NCBI GenBank assembly: GCA_965203515.1
Contig: OZ241907.1
Location: 2,240,001-2,304,000, forward strand
From: Spirochaetia bacterium
Lineage (GTDB): Bacteria > Spirochaetota > Spirochaetia > SZUA-6 > Bin103
Length of the DNA: 64,000 nt
Direction of reading: 5' to 3'
In this document: piece after piece, positions 1 through 9,139 of the stretch
Layout: each line of letters opens with the position of its first letter
Position numbering within the stretch: the first letter of the stretch is position 1
The notes under the pieces: model-generated
The model's input: only the letters and a program-made list of their open reading frames with translations
Told to the model about the DNA's origin: nothing
The model's database searches: none
Position numbers and translations under genes: made by a program

Positions 1-2
1 AG

Positions 3-1523
3 CGGCTCAACGCGCGGGTCTCCGTGCACATGGTCTACGACCTCAAGTCGCATATCTTCAGCGCCCTGCAGCGCCTGTCGCTCGGCTTCTTCGCCCGCAA
101 GCACACCGGCGGTCTGATGGTCCGGGTCAACCACGACTCGATGAACCTGAACCAGTTCTTCATCGACGGCCTGCCGTACTTCGTCGTCAACCTGGTCCAG
201 ATACTGGCGATCGTCGCCGCCATGGTCGCGCTGCAGCCGGGGCTGGCGCTGCTCTTGCTGCTGCCGGCGCCGGCCGTGGTCCTGATCGTCAACCGACTGT
301 TCCCGAAGCTGTGGCGCCTGTTCGGCCGGCAGCACCGTTCGCTGGCGATTCTGAACGGCGTGGTCGACGACTCGCTGACCGGCGTGCGCGTGGTCAAGGC
401 GTTCGGCCAGGAGCAGCAGGAGATCGAACGATTCACGCCGACCAACGACGCCGTGCGCGTAGCGCAGTTGCGCACGCAGCGAACGCTCGCCGGTCTGTTC
501 CCGGCGGTCGCCTTTCTGACCCAGACCGGCGCCCTGCTCATCTGGGCGGTGGGCGGCTGGCAGGTGATCGGCGGCGCGCTCACCCTCGGCGTGCTGATCA
601 CCCTCGTCACCTACTCGGCGTTGCTGTACGAGCCGTTGCGCTTCATGACGATGGTGGTCGAGTGGTGGTCGATGGCGATGAACTCCGCGCACCGCATCTT
701 CGAGGTGGTCGACGCGGTACCGGAGGTAGCCGAGCGCGCCGACCCGGTGGCGCTGCCGCACGTGCGCGGCTCGGTCGAGCTGCGCGGCGTCACCTTCGCG
801 TATGAGCCCAACAAACCGGTGCTGCACGCCATCGATCTGAGCGCCGCCGCCGGGGAGGTGCTCGGCCTGGTCGGCCACACCGGCGCCGGCAAGTCGACGC
901 TGATCAACCTGATCACGCGGCTGTACGACACCGACACGGGCCAGGTGCTGATCGACGGCATCGACGTGCGCGATCTGCGGATCGCCGACCTGCGCCGGCA
1001 GGTCGGCATCATCCTGCAGGACCCCTACCTGTTCGACGGTACCGTCGCGGAGAACATCGCCTACGGGCGGCCGGACGCAAGTCATGCCCGGATCGTCGCC
1101 GCCGCCAAGGCGGCGTTCGCGCACGACTTCGTCACCCGGCTCCCGGACGGCTACGACACCCGGATCGGCACCCGCGGCCACGGCCTGTCGGGCGGCGAAC
1201 GGCAGCGGCTGTCGATAGCCCGCGCCGTATTGATCGATCCGCGTATCCTGATCCTGGACGAGGCGACCTCCTCGATAGACTCGGAGACCGAAGAGATGAT
1301 CCAGCTGGCGATGGAACGGCTGATCAGCGGCCGCACGACGATCGCCATCGCGCACCGGCTGTCGACCCTGCGCATGGCGCACCGCCTGGCGGTGCTGGAG
1401 AAGGGCCGCCTGGTCGAGCAGGGCACCCACGACGAGCTGACGGCCGCCGACGGCATCTACGCCAGGCTGGTGCGCAAGCAGCGCGATGCGCTGCAGGTGA
1501 TCGGCGTCGGCGCGCAGCGATGA
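3..1523 (+). CDS. ABC exporter, fused permease/ATP-binding protein (5'-truncated by the window edge)
   Basis: TM helices, then Walker A GHTGAGKST, signature LSGGERQR, Walker B ILILDEAT; frame is open to the window start. Confidence 0.93.
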   Translation, partial: RLNARVSVHMVYDLKSHIFSALQRLSLGFFARKHTGGLMVRVNHDSMNLNQFFIDGLPYFVVNLVQILAIVAAMVALQPGLALLLLLPAPAVVLIVNRLFPKLWRLFGRQHRSLAILNGVVDDSLTGVRVVKAFGQEQQEIERFTPTNDAVRVAQLRTQRTLAGLFPAVAFLTQTGALLIWAVGGWQVIGGALTLGVLITLVTYSALLYEPLRFMTMVVEWWSMAMNSAHRIFEVVDAVPEVAERADPVALPHVRGSVELRGVTFAYEPNKPVLHAIDLSAAAGEVLGLVGHTGAGKSTLINLITRLYDTDTGQVLIDGIDVRDLRIADLRRQVGIILQDPYLFDGTVAENIAYGRPDASHARIVAAAKAAFAHDFVTRLPDGYDTRIGTRGHGLSGGERQRLSIARAVLIDPRILILDEATSSIDSETEEMIQLAMERLISGRTTIAIAHRLSTLRMAHRLAVLEKGRLVEQGTHDELTAADGIYARLVRKQRDALQVIGVGAQR

Positions 1524-2080
1524 ACGAACGACCCGGCGGCGACGCAGACGCCGCGGACGCGGCCGAAAAGCGCCGCCGGGCGCACCGGACGCGCATGCTG
1601 CAAGCCTCCGAGCTGGAACTCGAGCGCACGGCCGGCGGCTTCCTCACGCTGGCGGTGCGCGGCGGCGAGCAGCCTGAGCGGTACGAGCGGATCGGCGCCT
1701 TCCGCGCCTTTCCGCTCAGCGCCGCCGATCGCTACGTCTCGTTGCGCGACCGCGACGGCGATGAGATCGGTATCGTCGAATCGCTCGACGAGCTCACGCC
1801 CGAACAGGCAGCGATCCTCCGCGACGAGCTCGACCGGCGCTACTTCACGCCGTCGATCGAGCGGGTCGAATCGCTCAAGGAGGAGTTCGGCTACTCCTAT
1901 TGGACGGTGGAAACCGACGCCGGCCGGCGCCGCTTCACCGTCCAGAGCGGCAAGAACAACGTCACGATGGTGGGCGAGGGACGGCTGGTGATCGTCGACG
2001 TCGACGGCAACCGGTTCGAGGTGGCCGACTACACCCGCCTGGATCGCTCGGTGCTGCGCACCCTGGAAGGGCTCCTGTGA
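1520..2080 (+). CDS. DUF1854-family protein
   Basis: RAFPLS..RYVSLRD.DG.EIG, LDRRYFTPSI, WTVETDAG and LVIVDVDGNRF motifs typical of DUF1854; overlaps the ABC gene stop (ATGA). Confidence 0.8.
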   Translation: MNERPGGDADAADAAEKRRRAHRTRMLQASELELERTAGGFLTLAVRGGEQPERYERIGAFRAFPLSAADRYVSLRDRDGDEIGIVESLDELTPEQAAILRDELDRRYFTPSIERVESLKEEFGYSYWTVETDAGRRRFTVQSGKNNVTMVGEGRLVIVDVDGNRFEVADYTRLDRSVLRTLEGLL

Positions 2081-2105
2081 GCGGCCGGACGACGCGGTTA
2101 CGGCC

Positions 2106-4328
2106 ATGAGGCTCCGCTTCGAGCTGCCGGCCGACGTCGGCCGCGAGGTTGCCGAGGTCCTGGACGGCGAGGAGGTCCGCTACGCGCTGCCGGCCGACCT
2201 GACCGCCGACTCCCGGTACGGCGACGGCTGGACCGTGGTCGGCGCCACCCTGGTCGCGGTGCGGCCGGCGGGCGAGTCGGCATGGAACGCGATCGCGCTT
2301 GCGGACGTGGAGCGGTTCCACGCCGACACCATGGTCGGCTCGGGCCGGCTGGTCGCCGAGCCGTCGGCGGCCGACGGCCGCGGCGGCGACGGAGCGCGGA
2401 CGCTGGCGCGCTACTCGATGAGCCACGCGCCCCGCTACGCGACCCTGGCCCGGACGCTCAACCGGATGATCGAAGGACGGGAAGACCGCTACCGCGATGA
2501 GCCGGACGAAGATATCTGCCCCACCTGCGGCCGCCGTCGCGAGGCGGGTACCCGGGTCTGCCGGGCGTGCACGAACAGGGCGGCCATGGCGCGCCGGCTC
2601 TGGGAGGTCGCGCGGCGGCAGCTCCGCTGGGTGGCGGCGGCGGCCGTGCTGTTCGCGGCCCACGCCCTGCTGATGCTCCTGCCGCCGGAGATCACCCGCA
2701 TCCTCATCGACGACTACCTGACCCCGCGGCGCGCCGAGCTCGCCGCCGTACTGACGCTGGTCGGCGCGCTGGCCTTGGCATACGGCTGCAGCGCGCTGCT
2801 GGACGCCTTGCGCCACCGGGCGACGGCGCAGGTCGCCACCGGCCTGGCCGGCGATCTGCGCCGCATGGTGTTCACCCACGTGCAGAAGCTGTCGCTTGCG
2901 TACCTGAGCGCCCGCGACGCCGGCGACATCCTCAACCGGGTCAGCCGGGACACGAGTAAGATCCAGACGTTCATCAACTTCGGGCTCAACGAAAGCGTCG
3001 CGCAGGTGCTCTTCCTGATCGGCGTCGCCGTGATCCTCTTGCTGCGCGAGTGGCGTCTGGCGGTGCTGGTGCTCGTCCCGGTGCCGGTGGTCGTCCTCTT
3101 GGCGCAGAGCGTGTGGAACAAGGTGCGGGCGCTGTTCCGCCGCGAAAACCGGATGTTCGACAAGGTCGACACGCTGTTGGAGGACATCCTGGCCGGCATC
3201 CGGGTGGTCAAGGCGTTCGGCCGCGAGCGGTCCGAAGTCGGCCGCTTCCGGCAGCGCTCGGCCGAGCTGCGCGACGTGATGCTGCAGAACGAGCGGACCT
3301 GGGCAACCCTCACGCCGACCTGGAGCTTCGTCATGCGGGCCGGGGAGTTCCTGGTCTTTCTGGCCGGCGGCTACCTCGTCCTGGGGGAGGAGATGAAGGT
3401 GGGCGAGCTGGTGCAGTTCGTCCAGTACGCGATGATGATCTACGGTCCGCTGACCTGGATCGCCAGCCTCCCCCGGCGATTCGCCGAGTCGATGAGCGCC
3501 GCCGAGCGGGTATTCGAGATCATCGACGAGCCGCCCCAGGTCGCCGATGCGGCCAGCCCCCGCCGCCTGCGGATAGCCGGCCGGGTGAGCTTCGAATCCG
3601 TGGTATTCGGCTACAAGAGCCATGAACCGGTGCTGGACGACATCTCCCTGCGGGTGGAGCCGGGTGAGCTGATCGGCATCGTCGGCCACTCCGGCGCCGG
3701 CAAGTCGACCCTGATCAATCTGCTGATGCGGCTGTACGACCCCGACGAGGGGCGGATCACGATCGACGGTGTCGACCTGCGGGACATCGAGCAGCGCGAC
3801 CTGCACCGGCAGATCGGCGTCGTGCTGCAGGAGACCTTCCTGTTCGCGGGCACCATCGCGGAGAACATCGCCTACGCCAAGCCGGACGCCGCGCGCCGGG
3901 AGCTGATCGCCGCCGCCAAGGTCGCCGGCGCCCACGACTTCATCTGCGCCTTCGCGGACGGCTACGACACCACGGTCGGCGAGCGCGGGCAACGGCTCTC
4001 CGGCGGCGAACGCCAGCGGGTCGCGATCGCTCGCGCCGTCCTGCACGATCCCCGCATCCTCATCCTGGACGAAGCGACGGCGGCGGTAGACAGCGAGACC
4101 GAGGAGTTGATCCAGGAGGGGCTGTTTGCGCTGGTGCGCGGGCGCACCACCTTTGCGATCGCTCACCGTCTGGCCACCCTGCGCAACGCCGACCGCCTCG
4201 TAGTGCTCGACAAGGGACGGATCGGCGAGCTCGGCACCCACGCCGAGTTGATGGCGGCCGGCGGCATCTACCACGGCCTGGTGCAGTCGCAGCGGCGCAT
4301 GAACCGCGCGCAGGCGCTCTCCGGATGA
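2106..4328 (+). CDS. ABC exporter (permease+ATPase) with N-terminal extension carrying a CxxC...CxxC motif
   Basis: GHSGAGKST, LSGGERQR, ILILDEAT; CPTC-x10-CRAC lies before the first TM helix. Confidence 0.92.
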   Translation: MRLRFELPADVGREVAEVLDGEEVRYALPADLTADSRYGDGWTVVGATLVAVRPAGESAWNAIALADVERFHADTMVGSGRLVAEPSAADGRGGDGARTLARYSMSHAPRYATLARTLNRMIEGREDRYRDEPDEDICPTCGRRREAGTRVCRACTNRAAMARRLWEVARRQLRWVAAAAVLFAAHALLMLLPPEITRILIDDYLTPRRAELAAVLTLVGALALAYGCSALLDALRHRATAQVATGLAGDLRRMVFTHVQKLSLAYLSARDAGDILNRVSRDTSKIQTFINFGLNESVAQVLFLIGVAVILLLREWRLAVLVLVPVPVVVLLAQSVWNKVRALFRRENRMFDKVDTLLEDILAGIRVVKAFGRERSEVGRFRQRSAELRDVMLQNERTWATLTPTWSFVMRAGEFLVFLAGGYLVLGEEMKVGELVQFVQYAMMIYGPLTWIASLPRRFAESMSAAERVFEIIDEPPQVADAASPRRLRIAGRVSFESVVFGYKSHEPVLDDISLRVEPGELIGIVGHSGAGKSTLINLLMRLYDPDEGRITIDGVDLRDIEQRDLHRQIGVVLQETFLFAGTIAENIAYAKPDAARRELIAAAKVAGAHDFICAFADGYDTTVGERGQRLSGGERQRVAIARAVLHDPRILILDEATAAVDSETEELIQEGLFALVRGRTTFAIAHRLATLRNADRLVVLDKGRIGELGTHAELMAAGGIYHGLVQSQRRMNRAQALSG

Positions 4329-4404
4329 CCGCGGCCGGCGCGGCGCGCGGTGGCTGGACGCCCGCCGGCGCTGGTAGGCTCACCATCCGTGGGGGAGGTC
4401 GTAC

Positions 4405-5157
4405 ATGACCGACAACGAACGATACCTGTTCGATCTGCAGGGCTACCTGACGATCCCGAATGCGCTCGACGGCGATCAGCTGCAGGCGTTGAACGCACTG
4501 CTCGACGAACACATCGAAGACGGCATGGCCGCCGACGCCGCGACCCATCGCTTCGGCGGCATGCTCGGCTGGGGCCGGCCGTTCCTGGACGTCATCGACA
4601 ACCCGTCGGTGGCGCCGTACCTGCGCGAGGTGCTGGGCGACGGGTTCCGGCTCGACCACGTCTACCTGGACGTCATCCGCGCGGGCCTCAGCCCGATCGG
4701 CGCCACGCTGCACGGCGGCGGCACCCCCTACAACCCGATCCAGTCCTACGACTTCCGCAACGGGCGCATGTACAGCGGGCTGTTCGTGGCCGCGTACAAC
4801 CTGGCCGACGTGGGGCCGCATGACGGCGGCTTCGGCTGCGTGCCCGGCAGTCACAAGAGCAACTACCCGTTTCCTGACGAGTGGAAGGACCTGACCCGCC
4901 GGCCGCCGTTCGTGCAGGCGGTCACCGGGCCGGCCGGCACCGCGGTGCTGTTCACGGAGGCGCTCACGCACGGCGCGCTGCCCTGGTCCGGAGCCGGCGA
5001 GCGCCGCACGCTGTTCTACAAGTACCACCATCACGGCGCGTCATGGGCGGCCGACTACCCCGTGCCCGGCGACCTGCCCGTCACCGACCGCCAGCGCCGT
5101 ATCCTGGAGCCCCCGCACGCCCCCGGTCAGGGTCAGCCGCTCGCCCGCGCGCGCTGA
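4405..5157 (+). CDS. Phytanoyl-CoA dioxygenase (PhyH)-like Fe(II)/2-oxoglutarate oxygenase
   Basis: FDLQGYL N-terminus, GGFGCVPGSHK, AGTAVLFTEALTHG, ERR; GGGGAGG RBS. Confidence 0.85.
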   Translation: MTDNERYLFDLQGYLTIPNALDGDQLQALNALLDEHIEDGMAADAATHRFGGMLGWGRPFLDVIDNPSVAPYLREVLGDGFRLDHVYLDVIRAGLSPIGATLHGGGTPYNPIQSYDFRNGRMYSGLFVAAYNLADVGPHDGGFGCVPGSHKSNYPFPDEWKDLTRRPPFVQAVTGPAGTAVLFTEALTHGALPWSGAGERRTLFYKYHHHGASWAADYPVPGDLPVTDRQRRILEPPHAPGQGQPLARAR

Positions 5158-5188
5158 CCGCCGGAAGTGACTTCAAGCTTCGATCCTG

Positions 5189-6295
5189 ATGGACACGACG
5201 CATCGGATTCTCCTGTCGGACTCTCGGCGTATGCACCCGCTGGTCGACGGCTCGATCGACTTGGTGGTGACCTCGCCTCCCTACCCGATGATCGAGATGT
5301 GGGACCGGCAGTTCATCGCCCTGGACCCGCTGATCGGCACCGCGCTGTCCGACGGGGACGGAGTGCGGGCATTCGAGCTCATGCACGCCGTCCTCGACGA
5401 TGTCTGGCGCGAGTGTCACCGGGTCCTCCGCCCGGGCGGCCTGGCGTGTATCAACGTCGGCGACGCCACGCGCACGATCGGCGGCGAGTTCCGTCTGTTC
5501 TCCAACCACAGCCGCATTCTGCAGGAGTCGTCGCGCCTGGGCTTCTCCGTGCTGCCCGACATTCTGTGGCGCAAGCCGACCAATGCGCCGAACAAATTCC
5601 TGGGCTCCGGCATGCTGCCGGCAGGCGCCTACGTCACCTACGAGCACGAATACATCCTGATCCTGCGCAAGGGCGGCCGGCGAAAGTTCTCGCCCGCCGA
5701 CAAGAGCCGGCGTCGGCGCAGCGCCTTCTTCTGGGAGGAACGCAACGCCTGGTTCTCCGACGTCTGGGTCGATCTGATCGGCGCCAGGCAGCACTTCGGC
5801 ATTCCCGATGTCGATGATCCGGACGCTCGCGCGCGCAGCGCGGCGTTCCCGTTCGAGCTGGCGTACCGCCTGATTCAGATGCACTCGCTGATCGGCGACA
5901 CCGTGCTCGACCCCTTTCTCGGCACGGGAACGACCGCCGCCGCCGCCATCGCCAGCGGCCGATCCAGCGTCGGCTTCGAGGTCGATGCCGGCCTCGAACG
6001 ACCGATTCGCCGCGCCATCGATGCCGCCGTGCCGTCAGGCCGCGCGTACGCGCAGCGGCGGCTGGACGCGCACGTCGACTTCGTGCGCGCTCGGCAGGAG
6101 ACCGGACGACCCTGCCGGCACGTCAACCGTCACTATGGGTTCGCCGTAGTAACCGGTCAGGAGACCGACCTGCAGCTCTCGATCCCGCGCACGATAACGC
6201 CGGAGTCGGCGGACGGTTACTCCGCCCGACATGAACCCGCGCCGCGGCCGGACCGGTCGACGCAGATCCAACTGCCGATCGCAAGCATTTCATGA
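5189..6295 (+). CDS. Site-specific DNA methyltransferase, beta class (probably N4-cytosine)
   Basis: Motif IV VVTSPPY near the N-terminus; motif I VLDPFLGTGTT later. Confidence 0.9.
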   Translation: MDTTHRILLSDSRRMHPLVDGSIDLVVTSPPYPMIEMWDRQFIALDPLIGTALSDGDGVRAFELMHAVLDDVWRECHRVLRPGGLACINVGDATRTIGGEFRLFSNHSRILQESSRLGFSVLPDILWRKPTNAPNKFLGSGMLPAGAYVTYEHEYILILRKGGRRKFSPADKSRRRRSAFFWEERNAWFSDVWVDLIGARQHFGIPDVDDPDARARSAAFPFELAYRLIQMHSLIGDTVLDPFLGTGTTAAAAIASGRSSVGFEVDAGLERPIRRAIDAAVPSGRAYAQRRLDAHVDFVRARQETGRPCRHVNRHYGFAVVTGQETDLQLSIPRTITPESADGYSARHEPAPRPDRSTQIQLPIASIS

Positions 6296-6882
6296 AGATC
6301 AGACTCACTCCACAACATCTGCGCGGGCGCTTGATAGGAAATCGTCCGGCATACGGGAAGTATGTCAGCCCTCTCATCAACCTTGCCAACCGTTTCGCTC
6401 ACGCAACGAGGCCGAATCAGGTCGGCCAAGTATCGGAATTGATTCGCGAGTGCCCTGCTCAGGACTACGAGGGTTGGCGCGACTGGTATCTCACCCGCTA
6501 CCCGAAGGCTATAGACAAGGCTACCGATCGCGTCGTTGCAATGCTGGAGCAAATACGCGGCGCGATGGACACAATCGACCGAGAGACCGTTCTTCGTTGG
6601 GTGACAGAACTTGTACTTGAAAAGACGTACGCTGGCTTGCGTGTCGAAAGAGCGATCCTTGAAGAGGCCGCTCACTGCTTGGGGAGAACGCTACAGCTTT
6701 CATCTCCGGAAGAAGAATCACGCGGAATAGATGGTTATCTCGACGAATTACCAGTTTCCGTCAAACCGAATACCTACAAGGCGATGGGCACGATCGGCGA
6801 GACTATCGACGCACGAATGATCTATTACGAAAAGAAGTCAAACGGAACAATTGTCGCGCATCTCGACGAGCTTGAACACTGA
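6292..6882 (+). CDS. Type II restriction endonuclease, MjaI-like
   Basis: ATRPNQVGQVSELIREC...W.DWY and EESRGIDGY...PVSVKP (PD-(D/E)xK-like); ATGA overlap with the methylase; lower GC. Confidence 0.8.
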   Translation: MKIRLTPQHLRGRLIGNRPAYGKYVSPLINLANRFAHATRPNQVGQVSELIRECPAQDYEGWRDWYLTRYPKAIDKATDRVVAMLEQIRGAMDTIDRETVLRWVTELVLEKTYAGLRVERAILEEAAHCLGRTLQLSSPEEESRGIDGYLDELPVSVKPNTYKAMGTIGETIDARMIYYEKKSNGTIVAHLDELEH

Positions 6883-7392
6883 ATCGGTCATACTCATACT
6901 GACGATTTGGGCCGTGCGAGCCTGTCGACTGACTGAGAGCCGAGTTCGATGTCATTCAGGCCGAGGCGTCCGTCGCCACGACGAATTGATGATAGTCGAT
7001 GGATAGGCTATCCGAGTCTGAGGCGCTGGCACAAAGGATACTTTGTGTGGAGCGGAAATTTACAGACAGCATTGCGATACATAGTTCGCTGAGGATTGGT
7101 ATAATGTGGACGCATTCATCAAGAACTGAAAGCGTTCTTCAACCTTGCCGGATACGACGAAGGCTTGGAGTGGTGCCAGGGCGTTGACTCTGTGAGTGGA
7201 TGGCAGTATATTACTATCAAGGTCTGATAGGGAGAAGATGATGAGACACGACGACCAGAGAGGTCACACTGCATGGACCGTGAGAATACGTGGGTGTACA
7301 AACCTGCAATTGACTGAGTAGAAACGCCTGCCGGCGTCCGATCCAGGTTAGCCGCCGGACGTTGAACAAGACAGGCTACGGAGGAGACTACC

Positions 7393-7743
7393 GTGGAAAT
7401 CACAAAAATAGAGATCGCTGACGACAGGAACGAGTTTCGTGAAGTCGAATACGGTGATCTGAGAGTAGAAGAAAACGAAGGAAGACGAATGGCGTTTTCG
7501 TTTCCTGATGCTCAACAAGGTGTTCGTGGGAAGATGAAGCTTCACTCTATCGGGGAGACGTATATCATTGATGATTGCGACTTGCCGTGCAGTGTTTCGA
7601 AAGATCAAACAAGAGTGTTGAGGGTCACTCGTTCCAGAGAAGGAGGGAATGAAGTCGTCATGTTCGAGTGTCGAGTACTGAACGTAGGAAAAAGAGGTGT
7701 CAAGATGCAGAGAACGTCTGTACTGATTGGAAAGCAGTCCTGA
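7393..7743 (+). CDS. Hypothetical protein (low GC)
   Basis: 116-aa ORF with GGAGGAG RBS before GTG; no recognisable motif. Confidence 0.55.
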   Translation: MEITKIEIADDRNEFREVEYGDLRVEENEGRRMAFSFPDAQQGVRGKMKLHSIGETYIIDDCDLPCSVSKDQTRVLRVTRSREGGNEVVMFECRVLNVGKRGVKMQRTSVLIGKQS

Positions 7744-7744
7744 C

Positions 7745-8017
7745 CCGGCGAGACGTACGCCCGGATACGGTCCTGACACATTCCCCACAGACGCGCCAGC
7801 GGCTGCCTGGCCTCCTTGCCGAGCAGGTCGCACAGCGCTACGTCCACCGCCCACGCACCGGCCGCCTCCACGCGGATGCGGGACTTCCAGCACGATCGGC
7901 TCGACAGCGATTATCCTCATCAAGGCCGGCGCCATGGTAGCCGACGCTAGCGCCACTATCATGCGCGTCCCACGTAAACAACGGCGCATGTACAGCGGGC
8001 TGTTCGTGGCCGTACAA
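7745..8017. repeat. Mosaic of degenerate copies of neighbouring genes
   Basis: 7745-7871 matches 9889-10015; 7871-7973 matches 10203-10308; 7979-8017 matches 4758-4799. Confidence 0.9.
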
Positions 8018-8094
8018 GGTAAGCGTCGACGACGTCAATCCCGGTCCCATGAGTACGCGGTTGCGCGACCGGCGCGGCCCGCGTACCGTGGGCT

Positions 8095-9096
8095 ATGGCT
8101 ATCACCAAGACTGCCGTCGGGCCGCGCCCCGGCACCGAGGCCGCGCAGCCGGCGCCCGAGTTCCCCGGCTGCACGCCGGTCCATCTGCCGGCAGACGAGA
8201 TCGAACGTAGCGACCAGCGGTTGGAGTACTGGGACGGCACTACCGAAACCGCCTGGATCTGCGAGCCGGCCAGCCCCTACCACGAAAGGCCGTCCGGCCG
8301 CCTGACCCGGCTCACCGAGCGGATCGCCGCGGTGCGCGGCGCGCCGATCGAAAGCTACGGGTCGATGGACCTGCGGCAGCGCGGCGGGCCGCGCAGCATC
8401 ATGCAGGCCGACGAGTCGGTGTACCTGCATCCGGACAGTGCGCGGTTGCCGGGACCGTCGGCGATGGTGATCGGCGTGGACGACTACCCCGACGTGGTGC
8501 TGGAGGTCGACCACACCACCGACGTGCGGCGCGGCAAGCTGGGGTTGTACGAGTCGTGGGGGTTCCCGGAAGTGTGGGTGGAGGTGCCGGACGAAAGCGC
8601 GCCGAGCCGCCCGCGGAGCCGGCGGCCGGGGCTGACGATCCATTTGCTGGAGGCGGGTGCGTACCGGGCGGCGCCGGAGAGCCGCGCGTTTCCGGGGTGG
8701 AAGGCGGAGGAGATCCACGCGGCGCTGAACGAACCGATGCTGTCGGCGCGGACCAGTGCGGTGCTGGAGCGGGTGGGAAAGGCGCTCGGCGAGCGGGAGG
8801 GCACCGGGCCGGATCACGATCCGTTGCTGCGGTCGCAACGGCGCCGGGGGTACGAGCGCGGCCTTGAGCACGGCCACGAACGCGGCCTTGAGCACGGGCG
8901 GGCGGAGGAACGCGCGCTGCTGTGCCGGCAGGCGGCGCGGAAGTTCGACGACGACACGGCGCAACGGCTGGCGGTGCTCCTGGAGCGGACCGCCGATCCT
9001 GACCGCTTGGCGCAGGCCGGCGTCTGGATCATTGAGTGCGCGACCGGAGCCGAGCTCCTCGACCGGGTATCAGGCAACACCGCGCGCCGGACGTGA
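8095..9096 (+). CDS. Uma2-family (PD-(D/E)xK) putative endonuclease with helical C-terminal tail
   Basis: RLEYWDG, PYHE, MQADESVY, PDVVLEVD, KLGLYESWGFPEVW; repeat ERGLEHG x2. Confidence 0.8.
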   Translation: MAITKTAVGPRPGTEAAQPAPEFPGCTPVHLPADEIERSDQRLEYWDGTTETAWICEPASPYHERPSGRLTRLTERIAAVRGAPIESYGSMDLRQRGGPRSIMQADESVYLHPDSARLPGPSAMVIGVDDYPDVVLEVDHTTDVRRGKLGLYESWGFPEVWVEVPDESAPSRPRSRRPGLTIHLLEAGAYRAAPESRAFPGWKAEEIHAALNEPMLSARTSAVLERVGKALGEREGTGPDHDPLLRSQRRRGYERGLEHGHERGLEHGRAEERALLCRQAARKFDDDTAQRLAVLLERTADPDRLAQAGVWIIECATGAELLDRVSGNTARRT

Positions 9097-9139
9097 CCCG
9101 GCAGGGCACCGGGGTCCTCCGGTTGTGGAAAGAACCGGC

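Noticed and set aside
1962..4274. Long antisense or alternate-frame ORFs (also 18516-20867, 51716-53722 and others)
   Set aside because: Shadows of real genes caused by stop-codon scarcity at high GC; no motifs
5189..6882. Assigning CTAG specificity from MjaI similarity and the rarity of CTAG
   Set aside because: CTAG is rare in many GC-rich genomes and several sites are present; family membership does not fix specificity
6883..7392. Possible integron attC/cassette structure (GTTAGCC at 7347, GTTGAAC at 7361) in a low-GC spacer
   Set aside because: No matching inverse core or palindrome, no repeated sites and no integrase; more likely decayed gene fragments
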